Shown: positions 14,591 to 34,387 of the stretch, piece after piece
How the letters are laid out: the number at the start of each line of letters is the position of its first letter
Position numbering within the stretch: position 1 is the stretch's first letter
Origin: the human T2T-CHM13v2.0 reference genome, Homo sapiens
DNA length: 64,000 bases
Direction: 5' to 3' (one strand)
Assembly (NCBI RefSeq): GCF_009914755.1
Contig: NC_060934.1
The notes under the pieces: model-generated
What the model was told of the DNA's origin: nothing
Databases searched by the model: none
What the model saw: only the letters and a program-made list of their open reading frames with translations
Translations under genes and position numbers: made by a program

Positions 14591-14864
14591 TTTTTTTTTT
14601 TTGAGGCAGGGTCTTGCTCTGTCATCCAGGAGTGCAGTGGCACCATTTCAGCTCACTGCAGCTCTGCCTCCCAGCTCAGCCTCCCAAGTAGCTGGGACTT
14701 ACAGGCGCGCGCCACCATGCCTAGCTAATTTTTGTATTTTTTTGTAGAGACAGGGTTTTGCTACGTTGCCCAGGCTGGTCTCAAACTCCTGGGCTCAAGA
14801 GACCCACCTGCTTCCGCCTCTCAAACTGCCAGGATTACAGGTGCGAGCCACCTCTCCCAGCCTG
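14591..14864 (-). mobile_element. Alu (AluJ-like)
   Basis: Alu consensus. Confidence 0.9.
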
Positions 14865-15102
14865 GTTGTCTTTAACTATTGTATGTTTCCTGCTGTGGGA
14901 ACTACTATAACCAACTGTATGAGGCAGTTTGAAACTTACTTATATCCTGTCTGATACTGAGTTTGTTCCATATATAGAAGTCTGTTTCTTCTCTATTTTG
15001 AGTTTTTTACTGACAAGGACTTGTGAGGTGGCCCTGACCAGGTGGTGACATCTCAGTGACTGTGGGTGTGACTGGATTCAACAGTTGGAAGATACCAGGA
15101 TT

Positions 15103-15260
15103 TGGCTGGGAGCAGTAGCTCATGCCTTATTTGTAATCCCAGCAGTTTGGGAGGTTGAAGTGGGAGAATTGCTTGAGCCCAGAAGTGCCAGCCCAGCCTG
15201 GGCAACATAGTGAGACCCCGTCTCTATTTTAAAATAATAATAATATTTTTTAAAAAAGAA
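15103..15260 (+). mobile_element. Alu monomer (FLAM-like)
   Basis: Left arm + A tail. Confidence 0.85.
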
Positions 15261-15765
15261 AATGCTAGGATTTAACCCTGATCATATGGATTTAACCTGT
15301 AGTAATAGTGAAGTCAAAACTCTGGGTTTCTATCAGATTGCCCAAGAAACAGTTAACCGTTATAATTTTTTTTTTAAATTTTACTAATATAGAAAAATAT
15401 CTGTTTCAGTTTCATAAATTTTGTTAAAGGCTAAACCGAGTTTCAGTCCATTCTCTTCCAAAGTGAATATTTTGGATACAGCCATTTAGAAAGGAACTAT
15501 GTATTATTGATAAAGTGTTTACTTCTTTGGCATTTAAAAATAATTTTTAGGAGTTTGAAAATGTTCCCTATGTTCCTGAAAAGTCTGTGAGGTTTTTCAC
15601 TTTACATTTGTCTCAGAATCATTGGTGCTTAGTAAATGTTCACTGAACAAACATGTAGAAGAGATTAGGTACCACTCTAACACTATAAAGAGAATTCTGA
15701 GTCCCGACTTTTTATTTTAAAAATAAATTAATGTGTCACCTTCACAGGAAGAAATACAAATAAAA

Positions 15766-16238
<473 letters not shown>

Positions 16239-16508
16239 TCACCTCCTTTTTGTCTGTCCATTCAGATGTTCCCTGTGCAGCGTGTTTCTCTGTACTTGTT
16301 TTTACTGCAGGGAGTATTGCTGGCCATCACACCATGTGAAGACTGGTCTCTGTCTCTTTGCAAATGTGTGTCTGGTAATATGATAGAGCCAAATATAAAT
16401 ATTGTTTGGATTAGTTATTTATATAATCAGTTGGCCCATAAATGTGTTTTTATCTCTTTCCACTATTAACATAGATAATTGAAAATTAGTGTGTCTTATA
16501 TGGATTAA

Positions 16509-17216
<708 letters not shown>

Positions 17217-17373
17217 TAATGCACGCTTATAATCAGAGGATCTTTTCAGAAATGGTTTCCATTTGCCTTCAGAAGACATTCAGACTCCTTAGAGGCATTT
17301 AAGGCCTTCCGTGTCTGCCCCACCCTATGACTCTAGCCTCTTTGTTCACTTCCACTCAACACAGCTTCCCTGA

Positions 17374-17795
<422 letters not shown>

Positions 17796-17819
17796 GTTTT
17801 TTGTTTGTTTGTTTGTTTG

Positions 17820-18865
<1,046 letters not shown>

Positions 18866-19116
18866 CTCATATTATTTTGTTCCCATTGAAACCCTGAGTT
18901 ACGTGTACTAATGTTTCAGACAGGGAAACTGAAGCTATAGTTTTTCCCAGATTCTTTAACTATAACAAGTTAGTGTTAGAACCAAGACCAAGACCCAGTT
19001 CTCCTAGTTTCCAACAAAAATTTGTGTAACATTTCTGCCTGATTTTCCTGGCTTTTGAATTGTGAGCTGTGATTGCTTTTCACTGGTAAAAGGTTATCTA
19101 TGTGTTTGTGGCTTAA

Positions 19117-19390
<274 letters not shown>

Positions 19391-19451
19391 TTAATCTGCT
19401 TTCTAATGGCCCTTTGCCTCATGTTATTTTGTTTGTTTTTTAACTGCATAG

Positions 19452-19583
<132 letters not shown>

Positions 19584-19674
19584 TGAGCTTTGCCTGTGCT
19601 GTAAAGAAGGCGTCTTTGAAGTCTTCCTTGTACATCAGTGCTTATGGTCACCCTACTCATGGCCTCTCCTGTGA

Positions 19675-19881
<207 letters not shown>

Positions 19882-20492
19882 TGATTCAGTTCAATTGAGG
19901 ATGACTTTATATTTATTTTTAATGTCTGTATTTAATCTCTGAATGCTTTGAAGCATTCATGTTGTCATTGTCCCCAGTGGAGAAATAAAAGGCCATATAA
20001 TTGTAGAGTCTTAGATGTAGATGAAATTTTAACAAATCATTTAGTCTGATTTCCCATTTGGTTGAGGAATCTTCTCTGAAATATTTCTGAAAAGTGGTCA
20101 TCTAGCCTCTGAACACTTTTAATAATAGGATTTCTTTACAAGACAGCCCACCCCATTATCAACAAGTTGGCTTATTTGAAAGGGACAGAAAAATTAGGGG
20201 TCTTGCTATAGTCACACAATGAGGTAATGAGAAGCTGGAAATAACCCTCAGTCTCCTTGAATCTCAGCCCTGTTGCTCCTTTTCCAGTTCAGGGATTCCC
20301 AGATTTTATCTTCGAAGCTACGTGCAACCTCTGCGTGTGTTTTACTGGCCACAGAGGGCTGGGAACCCAGGCAACTGCATTTCTCTTTCTCTTGAAGAAG
20401 ATGATTGCTGATGGTGGTGGAGTGGGTCTTCTTTCACAGGATGGTTGAAGTGAGAGGGGATGGGATGTTCCTTTCTTGGAATGCATTCTTTA

Positions 20493-20882
<390 letters not shown>

Positions 20883-21407
20883 CTAAGAGGAGCATGCTGT
20901 CTTCACAAAATAAACTTTCCATAATTTCATATTTATTTAACTTACAATGAACAGTTATTACTAATAATAAATAGCAAGTTAACACCGTCATGCTGGAGAA
21001 CTGCCAGATTTTATTTTCCCCACAGCCTGCGTGCGGCCCTCTCCTGTGTCTGCGTCTCTCATGCCTCTTGGGTGGGCGCCCCTTGCTGGCTGTTTTGCTC
21101 TGGCCCTGCCAAGCACATATGGACCTGAGAGCCCCCATGGCCTGGAGAGTAGGGTGGGGAGATGACAGGGAGCTCATATTTTTAGACTGTCTCTCTGTCC
21201 AAGGTTCTATGTTAGATACTTCATCCGTGTTATTTAATTAAAGAAAACTAAGATCTCAAATCCAAAAGTGATGAGAAGGAGTCCAGGGCGAACAGAAGGG
21301 CTCCCCTGTTTCCCAAATACAACTTGGAAAGTTTGGATTCAGTCCAGACAGTCTGTAGCCAGCAGCTGGACCCGTGGCTCGGCTTTCCTGACTCCTTCCT
21401 GCTGTGA

Positions 21408-21656
<249 letters not shown>

Positions 21657-22606
21657 TAATGCCCCGGGAGGAGGGGAGGGGATGCTGTGATAATGGGAGA
21701 GTCCCAGACACAGCAGCAGGTCCAGCCCTGCCACTTAGCAGTGTTAGCACCTGGCAGGCTGTGGGACCCACCTGCTCCACCTCAGTGTCATCTTCTGCAG
21801 GAGCCAGGGGCTGAGAGTTTGATGTGGAAAGGCTGGTAAGAGCGCCTTATGAACGTGCAGTTCTGAGCGGCTGCGAGATACCACTAAGGCTGATTTTACC
21901 ATCATGGGTCCTGCAGCCTTAGGGGAAGCCCCTCGCCAAGAGAAGCCTTTCTTATTCACCCGTGGCCTCGCTTCCCTAGGAAAATGTTAGGCTCTACTTC
22001 CTCCATATCCCACTTGTGGGATGGAAAAGACTCATCCACCTTATCCTCCATGCGGGAGAGGCTATGGCGTGTCGGCTGCTGATTCACAGGGGCCCCGATG
22101 GTTTCCTCAGCAGGGTGGGGAGTGCCTGGGGGGTTGTGCATTTGACAAACACTGAACACCTGTGTGTGTCCGACAGTTGTCCACGAGCCGGTCCACTGTG
22201 ACCGGCTTAGAGGAGTTAGAGGAGATTCCTGATCTAGTGAGGGAAGACAGGTCCTATGTAAGTAAATGTGTGAAATGGCATTTTAGTGAGTAATGAGCAT
22301 TGCAGAGAAAATAGAACAGAGAGCTGTGGGGTGAATGCTGCTTTAGAGGGGTGGAAAAAGCTTCTCTGAGCAGGTAGTGTCTGAGTGAAACCTGAGTGTG
22401 GAGGAGGAACCGCCGTTTCACAACTGTGGGGAGAGCAGTTCAGAGAAGGTATAGATGCCTTAAGGGCCTGAAGATGGGAATGAATTTGGGACATGTGAGG
22501 AAGAGAAAAAGTGCAGTGTGGCAAGGGTGGGAGGGAACACAAGATTGTGAAGGATGGACAGGGACAGTTGAGGGATCTTACAGGCCCCGATTAGAAGGTA
22601 GAATAA

Positions 22607-22905
22607 GGCCAGGCTTGGTGGCTCACACCTGTAATCCAGCACTTTGGGAGGCGAGGCGGGCAGTTCGCTTGAGGCCAGGAGCTGGAGACCAGCCTGGCCA
22701 ACAAGGGGAAACCCCATCTCTATTAAAAATACAAAAATTAGCCAGAAATTTCTGGTGGTGCGTGTCTCTAATCCCAGCTACTCGGGAAGCTGAGGCATGA
22801 AAATTACTTGAACCCAGGAGGCAGAGGCTGCAGTGAGCCGAGATATGCCACTGTACTCCAGCCTGGGCAACAGAGTGAGGCTCTGTCTAAAAAAAAAAAA
22901 AAAAA
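22607..22905 (+). mobile_element. Alu
   Basis: TSD GTAGAATAA. Confidence 0.95.
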
Positions 22906-24273
22906 TGTAGAATAAAACTCAGGGTTTGCTGGGCAGCTGGGAAGGGCCTTGTCCCTGAGCTGGAGTGATGGGGACAGGTAGATCAACTGTGCAGCCATCC
23001 TGGAGAAGCAGAGACCGTGGGGGCTGGGGGCCGGGGGAGGGGGGTCCCTTCCCCAGGGAGACTGGCCCCTGGAAGTTGCAAGCCCTTAAAGGAAGGTGGC
23101 TAGTGGCACCAGGGGAGTGAGTGGTGGCCAGGCATCGGTGGCAAGGTACCAGGAGGGGACAGGATTCCCCAGAAATGTCCAAGAGTTTGCTGATGGCTGC
23201 CTTCTTGCCGCATCCCCACAGGGTGGAGAGAACACTGGCGTCTCCTCTTAGGAGGACCCCAATTCTTGTGTATCAGGGCCCTGCCCTTGTACTCTCACCT
23301 AACATTAACTACTTCCTTATTCCACACACCACATTGGGGTAGCGCTTCAACACAGGAATTTCAAGGGACACACTTCAGTCCATGGCAGTATGTATGTTGA
23401 TTTTTGTTGCGTTTCTTTGTTTCTTCCTGTTTTTTCTGGGAGATAATATAATCACATCTGAAATGTTGGATTATTAAAGGTATTTGTTGCATTGGAGAGG
23501 TCGAGGCTTGGAGATGGGCTCTTTTCGCTCTGGGGATGGGGGGCAGTGCACTCGATTGTTGGGGGAGCGAGTCCAAGCTCACCCCCGGTCTCCCCCACAG
23601 TCGAGGGGAGACTTGGAGAGGCTTTGGAACGGCGTGTGCCAGCTGAGTCTGACGAGTCTGACGATGTCCTGTGCCTCTGCTGATTGAACTTTGTCATCTT
23701 TGGTCCCTCTTGGTGACTTGGAGCCTACTGTTTTCAGGTCCTTAGTAGTCAGATCTTGTTATCCATAGTGTAGTCCCTTTTCTTGGGACCTTAAAAGATA
23801 GAATGTGTTCATGCGTCTAAAGCAATGTCATGTCATAAGAGGTAGACAGTGGAGCGACCGAGGCTCAGAAAGAGGCTGGTGTTTTATCCAAGGTGTAGTA
23901 AGTATCATTCAAACAAGAGTCTCAGTGCTAGGACCAGTGTTTCCCTTTGCCTTCCACTGGTCCTTACAGTTTTTCAGGTTGTTTGTCTCTTCAAGTCACA
24001 GCTGGCGCCCCTCATTCCCTGAAGAGCCCGTCCTGGTCTCTTCCTCCTCTTGGAGATATACATAGAAACTACACCTTTCCCAGGACTGTGTTATCTGAGA
24101 ATGCTTTGCCAGCCATAGATATATTTAAATCCTTTTCTTTCTTTTTTCCATTAAATGGTGGTAGGTATTTTCTTTTTAGAAATGGGAAGGAGTTTAAATC
24201 CATCTGAGGAAAAATAAGATGCAGATTGTGACTTGAATTTGAGACTTTCTAAATCTACTTTTTTTTCTGGTAG

Positions 24274-24366
24274 GATTCACTACAACATTTTCTATTGCCT
24301 ATATCTTCAGGAGAATTCCTGCACTCAGGCCACAAAAGTTAAAGAGGAGCCATCTGTCTGGCCAGG
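24274..24366 (+). CDS. FBH1: FBH1 exon 7 ([13 protein letters not shown]...VWPG)
   Basis: AG/GT boundaries, 93 nt. Confidence 0.92.
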
Positions 24367-24704
24367 GTATGTGTATATGTGCGTCAGCGTGTGTTTTGTC
24401 TTCTGTCGACTCTTCCTCATACTTAAGGAGGGAGATGTTTTGCTTCACTTTAGCAACATCATTGAGGTTAATAATGTAAATTGTGTAAAACTCACCCATC
24501 CTAAGAGTGTGATTCAGTGACATTGCCTGAGCTGTGCATCAGCATCATAATCTAGCTTTAGAACATGTTTATTCTCGTAAGGGGAGGCCTTTTTTTTGGT
24601 CAGCTTTTGTTTATCCAGTTTGTATGTTTGGTTTTTGGACTGTCTATCCCCTGGACTTTTCACGTCTTTCTGTTTTTCTTACTTCTCTTTTGTAATGATT
24701 ATAG

Positions 24705-24796
24705 CAAGAAAACCATCCAACTTACACATGAACAACAGCTGATTCTGAATCACAAGATGGAACCTCTCCAGGTGGTGAAAATTATGGCCTTTGCCG
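24705..24796 (+). CDS. FBH1: FBH1 exon 8 (Q motif LTHEQQLIL; start of Walker A, AFAG)
   Basis: AG/GT boundaries, 92 nt; UvrD-type motif. Confidence 0.94.
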
Positions 24797-25847
24797 GTAA
24801 GGGAGCCCACATCAGGTTCACGAGGTGGTGGTTTTCTGCCTTTTCTCCCTACATCCCCTTCCCGCTACCTGCCAGGGCATCTTTGCTCTGATCTGTCATC
24901 CAACTAATAATTCAATAACAGATCAAATAATCAATCTCAAAAGCAATTGGCCAAGGAATACTTACTTCCCCGGACCACTCCATGAACATCCACAGAATTC
25001 CTGTTGAGACAGGTAGTTCACAGCAGTTAGTTGGTCGGGCAGATGCCCCCGGGATTGAGCCCAGCATTGTGATGTTTGCTCAGGCACTGATTGCTTCTGG
25101 AGAGGGAGGGCATGTTAATCCCCAGCCCAGGGTTTCAGGAGCTCCCCAGTTTTATAGGGTGATGTCTAGAGGGCCTGCCTTAGATTGGCTTTTAACTTAC
25201 ATTCATAAATATATTATCTACAAGTGTCCTGCCTCAGTCAGCCACGCCGATCCACTCACAGCCTCCTGAAGTACTTGGTTACTCTTTCATCACAGCCTTT
25301 GCTCGTGCTATTTGCTATTTTTTTTCTGCCTGTAATCCCTTCCTGCTCCTTTTGTGGCTAAATACCCTGCTAACAACAACAACAACATTTTGAATGCCTG
25401 CAGTGTGCTTGGCATTGTGCTGATCCTGATAGCATTCCGTAAGGTTGCTTAGTTATTCTTGTTTTATAGAGGAAGAAACTGAAGCACAGAGAGCCTTGCC
25501 CGGGGTTGAATAAGTGGATAGGTGGTGGAGGTGGAATTCAAAGCTGGACCTGTCTCTCTCCAGAGACATGCCTTCCCCCTCCCTAACCCTACCCTCCTAT
25601 CCTGAGGGGTCCTTTTTGCCCTCGGGAACCCTACCTCTAATGGATACCCACTTATTTCTGAGAAGCAAACTGAAGCTCATGAGGTCAAGGGGTCCACCTG
25701 TCCTTTGCCCCTCGGCTGGAGCCTGCCCCAGCTGAGATCCCAGCCCACCTTCACCTGGCTTTGAATCTGCTGCTCTTTTGGTGGCACTACTTTTACCAGC
25801 ACTGAAAAACTTGTTACTGTCCTGCTCTCAAGATAGAGGTGTGATAA

Positions 25848-26099
<252 letters not shown>

Positions 26100-26686
26100 T
26101 GAGTACTGCTGTCACTAGTGGCACTGTTGCTGCTGGCACGGTCGCGTCTTACTGTTTTCCCGTGACGATCACATGTGAGCTTACACCACAGTGACCCCGA
26201 GGAGTGTAGTGCTGTTATCTCCACTTACAGGCAGGAAACAAATACATAGGTTTAGCCATTTGTACTTTTATCCTGTAGCAACATATTGTTTACATATAAT
26301 GCCGTCTTGCCAAGAGGGGTGTTCTCATGGAAGTGAGGCACAGAAAGTCAAAATGACTTGCTTAAAGTTCAGAGTCTCACAAATCCTGATCAGTTGTAGG
26401 CTTTTCTTGGAAGGGAGTGAGGAAGACTCAGCCGAGGCACACTTGACCCAGGTCTCCTGGATGTAGAGGCATCAGGGAACTCCAAGGGTCCCTCCGGGGA
26501 CCTTCTGGAGCCCAGCTTCATGGTGGAATAGCAGTGTCTGCCGAAAGCTGGTTCCTATTCTGGGTTGGTACATGTGAGTCCTGAAAGCCATTTCCAGTCA
26601 GACATGGACCATGCAGAACTTTTTCGCTTTAAAACATTAACACTCGCCTGTGTGTGGCACTTGAAGCTACCTCCTGGTGACATTAG

Positions 26687-26992
<306 letters not shown>

Positions 26993-27001
26993 TAAGTGTC
27001 T

Positions 27002-27432
27002 GAAGTGTTAGGGATCTGAGGATGGGGGAACAGGGGAAGTGTTAGGGATCTGAGGATGGGGAAACAGGGGAAGTGTTAGGGGTCTGAGGATGGGGAAACA
27101 GGGGAAGTGTTAGGGGTCTGAGGATGGGGAAACGGGAAATGTTAGGGATCTGAGGATGGGGAAATGGGAAGTGTTAGGGGTCTGAGGATGGGGGATCAGG
27201 GGAAGTGTTAGGGATCTGAGGATGGGGGAACGGGAAGTGTTAGGGATCTGAGGATGGGGAAACAGGGGAAGTGTTAGGGGTCTGAGGATGGGGAAACGGG
27301 AAATGTTAGGGATCTGAGGATGGGGAAATGGGAAGTGTTAGGGATCTGAGGATGGGGGATCAGGGGAAGTGTCAGGGATTTGAGGATGGGGGAACGGGAA
27401 GTGTTAGGGATCTGAGGATGGGCAAACAGGGA
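27002..27432 (+). repeat. G-rich minisatellite, 13 units of 32-34 bp (GAAGTGTTAGGGATCTGAGGATGGGGAAACAGGG)
   Basis: Units counted directly. Confidence 0.97.
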
Positions 27433-28110
27433 GTGTGGGACAGCATTATTTCTTCTTTCATTTCTTCAGACCTGGTCATAGGAGGTTGAAGGTGGGAGGG
27501 TGAGGCTGTAGGCCCATGGTGATGGCTGTGAATTGTTGGGTATTTTCTCCTGTGAAGGACACTGGTGACCATCTCACTTAAGCCTCGGAATAGTCCTCCC
27601 ATTTAACAGAGAAGGCAGACATGGAACGACCCGCCTCAGTTTATAAGAGCTTGTCACTGGGGCTCCTGGACCTCAAAACTGATCTTAACTGAAGGCTGGA
27701 ATCTCTCCTGATTTTCTTGGGTTATTGGTTCTATGGAATAGATTTTGCTAGTGGGAAAGTCTGTTTCTTTTTTTCATCAAGTCTTTTCAATCATGTGCCA
27801 TTGTTTTTGTGAATTAAGCATCAGTCATAAATCTAGAAGAACAATTTGGCCTTTTCTGGTTCACCTAACTGTTATGATCTCTGTCCTGTCACGGGCATGG
27901 CACGGCCCGGCTGCTTCCTGTCTCAGCACTGGAGACCCTCTGGCGTGGAGAGGCTGTTGAGGAGACCCAGGAGGTTAGGGTGGTGTCTGCGGTCCCCCTT
28001 CTGTGAGGATGCCCTGGCTCCACTGCTGTATGGGAGTTGACAGTGTGACCGCAGGGTGCTGCCTTTGCCAGGGTCTCAAACTCTGGGTTACCATATGCTT
28101 TACTTCCTAG

Positions 28111-28405
<295 letters not shown>

Positions 28406-28887
28406 TAGAAACAGCGCCATGATTATGTAAGAGGACACCTGTGTGAACTAAGTTGATTATTATTATTTGTGATAAAGAAGAGGATCTTCATACTTACCTT
28501 AGGATTTCAAGCTGCCCCTTCCCCTCACCCAAGCAGATTTCTCTGTCACCATAGGTTTTGCTTAGGTTGTTCTTAACATGTTGACCAAGTTGTAGACCAG
28601 CAGACGACAGGGACCTAGACTCATGCTCTGTGGGAAGAGATCGTCCATTGACAGGGAAAAGCTTGTGTTGTCTACTTCTCAAGTGGCTAGGAGAGAACAG
28701 ACAGTGTTATCCGTCTGACTTTGTAGGTCAATTTTGAGTGCTATAATATTAGAGAAGACACTGCCTCATTTTAGATTTGCCTGTGTTGTTTTCTTATATT
28801 CCAACAATTCATCCAAGGCGAAACATAATCTGCATTCCTAGCACCAGAAACTGTTTCTTTTGTCCATTATAAAATGGCTGCTTTTGA

Positions 28888-30337
<1,450 letters not shown>

Positions 30338-30519
30338 CTTTTAAGAAACTTATTTCTGATTAGAAGAGATGTCTCACTTGGATGAAAGTATCAACTGTGC
30401 TGTGTTTTGTGATGTTATTGAAAGTTCCGTAGACGCCTCTGTGACTCTTCCCTTGAGCTCCTACTGCTGTGGTGATTTAGGGTAGCGTCACTGCAGAGGT
30501 GTTTTGTTCTTTTAATAGA

Positions 30520-31280
30520 TGGTATTTTTTTAGAACAGTTTCAGATTTACAGAAAAATCGAGAGGAGAGTTCCCATATATCCTGTACTCAGTTTCCCATT
30601 ACTAACATCTTATCGTCTTATATTAATGTGGAACACTTGTCACGATAATGAACCAACATTGATACATTATTATGGACTGAAGTCCATGGTTCATTTGCAT
30701 TTCCTTAGTTTTGAAATAATGTCTTTTGTGACTTCAGGAGCCCATCCAGGATCCCACATTACATGTAACCATGTGTCATGAGGCTCTTCTTGGCTGTGAC
30801 AGTTGCTCAGACTTTCCCTATTTCTGATGTGACCTTCACATTTTCCAGAAGTTCCAGTCAGGCATTTGTAGGCTGCCCCTGTGCTGGGATTTGTCTAATG
30901 TCTTTTCTCATGGTTAGGCTAGAGTCCTGGGTTCTGGGAGGAAGACCACAGAGGTGAAGCGCCATTTTCATCACATGGTGTTGAGGTGCATACTGTCACC
31001 ATGGCTCATGACTTGATGTTGACCTTGACCACCTGGCTGATGTAGTGTTTGTCAGGTTTCTTCACTGTAGAGTTCCACTTTTTTTCATCCTTTCCTTACT
31101 GGATGCTTTGGAAGGAAGTCCCTATATGCAGTCCACACTCAAGGAGTAAGTGTTGGAGAATCTTCCCAAATTATTTGGAATTCTTCTGCAAAGGAGATTT
31201 GTTTTTTCTCTCCCATCTATTTAAATATTCAATCATTTATCTATCTTAATATGAACTCATGGATATTTATGTTATAATTT
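30520..31280 (-). mobile_element. Old L1M (L1MC-like) 3' fragment
   Basis: TTTCAGATTTACAGAAAA...GAGTTCCCATAT...TTGATACATTATT...CAGGATCCCACATT...GGAAGACCACAGAGGTGAAG. Confidence 0.65.
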
Positions 31281-31924
31281 CGGTTATGGTTCACTCAGAG
31301 TAGTTTTATAGCAACAAAGTAGTGTTTGTTTAAAGTCTAGTTTTCGTTTGACTGTTACTGCTATTCACCAAAGCACATGAAGTTGTGTGTGCATGGAAAA
31401 AGGCTGTACACACCCCGAGTGTAGGGAAGAATGATATCTTGCCAGCTGGAGGGGTGAAGGAAGCAGGGTCTTGGGCTGAGTTTTGAAGGTTAGGAAGTGA
31501 CTTTGGTGGATGAAAGTCAGACAGAAAACCGCGTGGGCTGAGGCAGGGCAGCACGGACAATGTGCAGGTGCTAGTGCTTCTGCCATGGCTGGTTGGTGCA
31601 GGGCAGTAGTTTTAAAGATAGTGTGGAGAGGGATCTCAAAGGCAAGGGGAGAAGCCCTCCTTACCCGATCTTCATCTTTTGTATGATTTAGACTTCACTA
31701 GATTTGATTTGGAGAAAAGGGTAGATTTGCTTAAAAGAAAAATTTACTATTGGTGTTGAGAATAATGGAAAATAAAGACTGCTGAGTTGTGAAGGACCTT
31801 GAAAGTGAGCCTGTGAAGTTCGCTTTCCATGCGGGGGGTCAGGAACAACTTGTAGGGTCTGGCCCGGCCAGGCTGTGGCAGCAGTGATGGAAATGCACGG
31901 ACACACCACAGGGCGGGCTGCTGA

Positions 31925-32113
<189 letters not shown>

Positions 32114-32116
32114 TAG

Positions 32117-32278
<162 letters not shown>

Positions 32279-32599
32279 TGACCACTTCATGCACAGAAAC
32301 GTTGTAGACGAACATACCCAATGGAAATGTTCACCTTCCTTGGGATTATCATGCAAGAAAGCATTTGGGTTTTTGACTCTTTCCACCAGGCTGCACCATG
32401 AGTGGTCTCTATCCCAGGCCATTCTGATTATGCCAGCGAAACATTCCTGGAAAGGCAGACACAAGAAGGGCTGGGGACCTTAGTTTCCACTCTTTTAACA
32501 ATGAATGCCCTTCTTCCCTTGGCAATGCCAGTGAGGCCGCGGGTTACTGGAAGCTTTTCTAGTCATGTGTTGTCATTAGTGTGAGAACAGCTGAGCTGA

Positions 32600-32770
32600 C
32601 AACACGCGGAGTACACACCTAGGCTCTAGTTCTGACTGGTCACTAACCGTGTGTGGCTTGGGGCAAGTCACAACTTCTGTATGCCTCATTCTCTCCATCT
32701 CAGATAAAATAATGCCTTGCCTTACCTGTTTCACAGGGAGTTAGAAGGATTCAGTGGCATGTTTACAGCA
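32600..32770 (+). mobile_element. MIR SINE
   Basis: GTGTGGCTTGGGGCAAGTCACAACTTCTGTATGCCTCATT...ATAATGCCTTGCCT. Confidence 0.65.
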
Positions 32771-33579
32771 TTTTTAACCCTGAAGCACAGTTATATGATA
32801 AAAAGATATTCACTCATTCATTTATGGAAAGATTTTCAAGAGCCTACTATGCATTAGGCACTCAGTGAATATAGTAGTGAATCATAATCAAAAGGTGTTT
32901 TAAGTTTTTTGTTTATAAAGACTATATAACAATGGTATAGAAATTTTGGAACCTAAAAAAAGAACACATAATCCCAGTATTTCATATAATAATTCTCATT
33001 TTTGCTATTTTTGTCTTTGTCCTTATAGATGTGTATTTTTGCATAATTGCAATTGTAGGGTACACAGAAATGGATGCTGTTTTTCACTCAACACATAGGC
33101 ATATTTTCTTTCATTAGTACTTTGATGACCTTATAATATTTGGTCTGGTAGATATAACATAATTTAGCCATGGTCATTGTTGTAAGAGTAGTATTTTTGG
33201 AATATCATACACACTGGCATGATATAAAGTAAGTGGTTCTCTACACCTCTCTTAAATCCACTTACTACCTGTACCATGTGTCATTACACGTGATCACACA
33301 CCTGGTTGTGGGTTATAATGTCAACTGTGTTATTTTGCCCGCTGTTTTATGTGAGTGTTTTATGTGTCCCTCCCTAAAAGATGACAAGCTCTTGGAGTGT
33401 GGGGCCCTGGTTGTGTCTGTCTTCTATGTGGGGCCTGGTGCTGTGTGAGTGCCGGAGCCCAGCCAGTGCTCAGCAGATGCTTTTGGAAGATCTGAGCTAA
33501 ACAGGGCACAGTCAGGCTGTCTCCTCCAGGAGCTGACCTGTTAAAATGTAGAATAATCTGGACCTAGAGACGTTCTGTA

Positions 33580-33873
33580 ATTTCTTTTTTTTGAGACAGA
33601 GTCTTGCTTTGTCACCCAGGCTGGAGTGCAATGGTGTGATCTCGGTTTGCTGTAACCTCTGCCTCCCAGTTTGAGAGATTCTCGTGCCTCGGCCTCCTGA
33701 CTAGCTGGGACCATAGGCGCCTGCCACCACACCCGGCTAATTTTTGTATTTTTGGTAGAGACGGGGTTTCACCATGTTGGCCAGGCTGGTCTTGAACTCC
33801 TGGCCTCAAGTGATCCACCTGCCTCAGCCTCCCAAAGTGCTGGGATTACAGGCATGAGCCACTGCGCCTGGCC
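33580..33873 (-). mobile_element. Alu
   Basis: Full dimer. Confidence 0.95.
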
Positions 33874-34311
33874 TGTAGTTCTTTTCTCACAAGAAACAGT
33901 GGTAAATGTGCATACCCAGCACTTTGTATTCAGGTGCCATTTGTGTTCTTTGGAATCGTCTTATGTTCTTGGAAGATGCTTAAATTGCCTTTTTATTGAT
34001 GGGAAAGCAGTATGCAGCTGTAGGTCTTGCCCTTTTTAAAAGCGTAGGAAGAGTTTGAGGTAGCAGCTGTAACTTAGAATGTGGTCCCTGTGAGTGTTCA
34101 GGCCACGTGGCAGCCTTGCGCTTTCTGCTTCATGAAGTTTCCTGCTTGCCGCCTGTGCTTTGGGTGTCACTCAAGATCCATTTCCAAGAAACCATCTCAT
34201 TTCAAAACCCCATCCCTGCATTTGCTTTATTTTGTTTTGTTAAAGCAACAACAAACAAAACAAAACAAAAAACAACAAAAAAACAAAAATCCCACCAAAA
34301 AACTTTTTCAG

Positions 34312-34387
34312 GGGATTAAATCATTTGGATTGGACAGAATCATTGATATTTGGATCCTTCTTCAGCCAGAGGAAGAACGGAGGAAAC
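34312..34387 (+). CDS. FBH1: FBH1 exon 16 ([25 protein letters not shown])
   Basis: AG/GT boundaries, 76 nt. Confidence 0.92.

Noticed and set aside
27002-27432. Regular 32-34 bp repeats resembling a CRISPR array or telomeric fusion
   Set aside because: No unique spacers, no cas genes, mammalian intron; TTAGGG is not tandem. It is a minisatellite.
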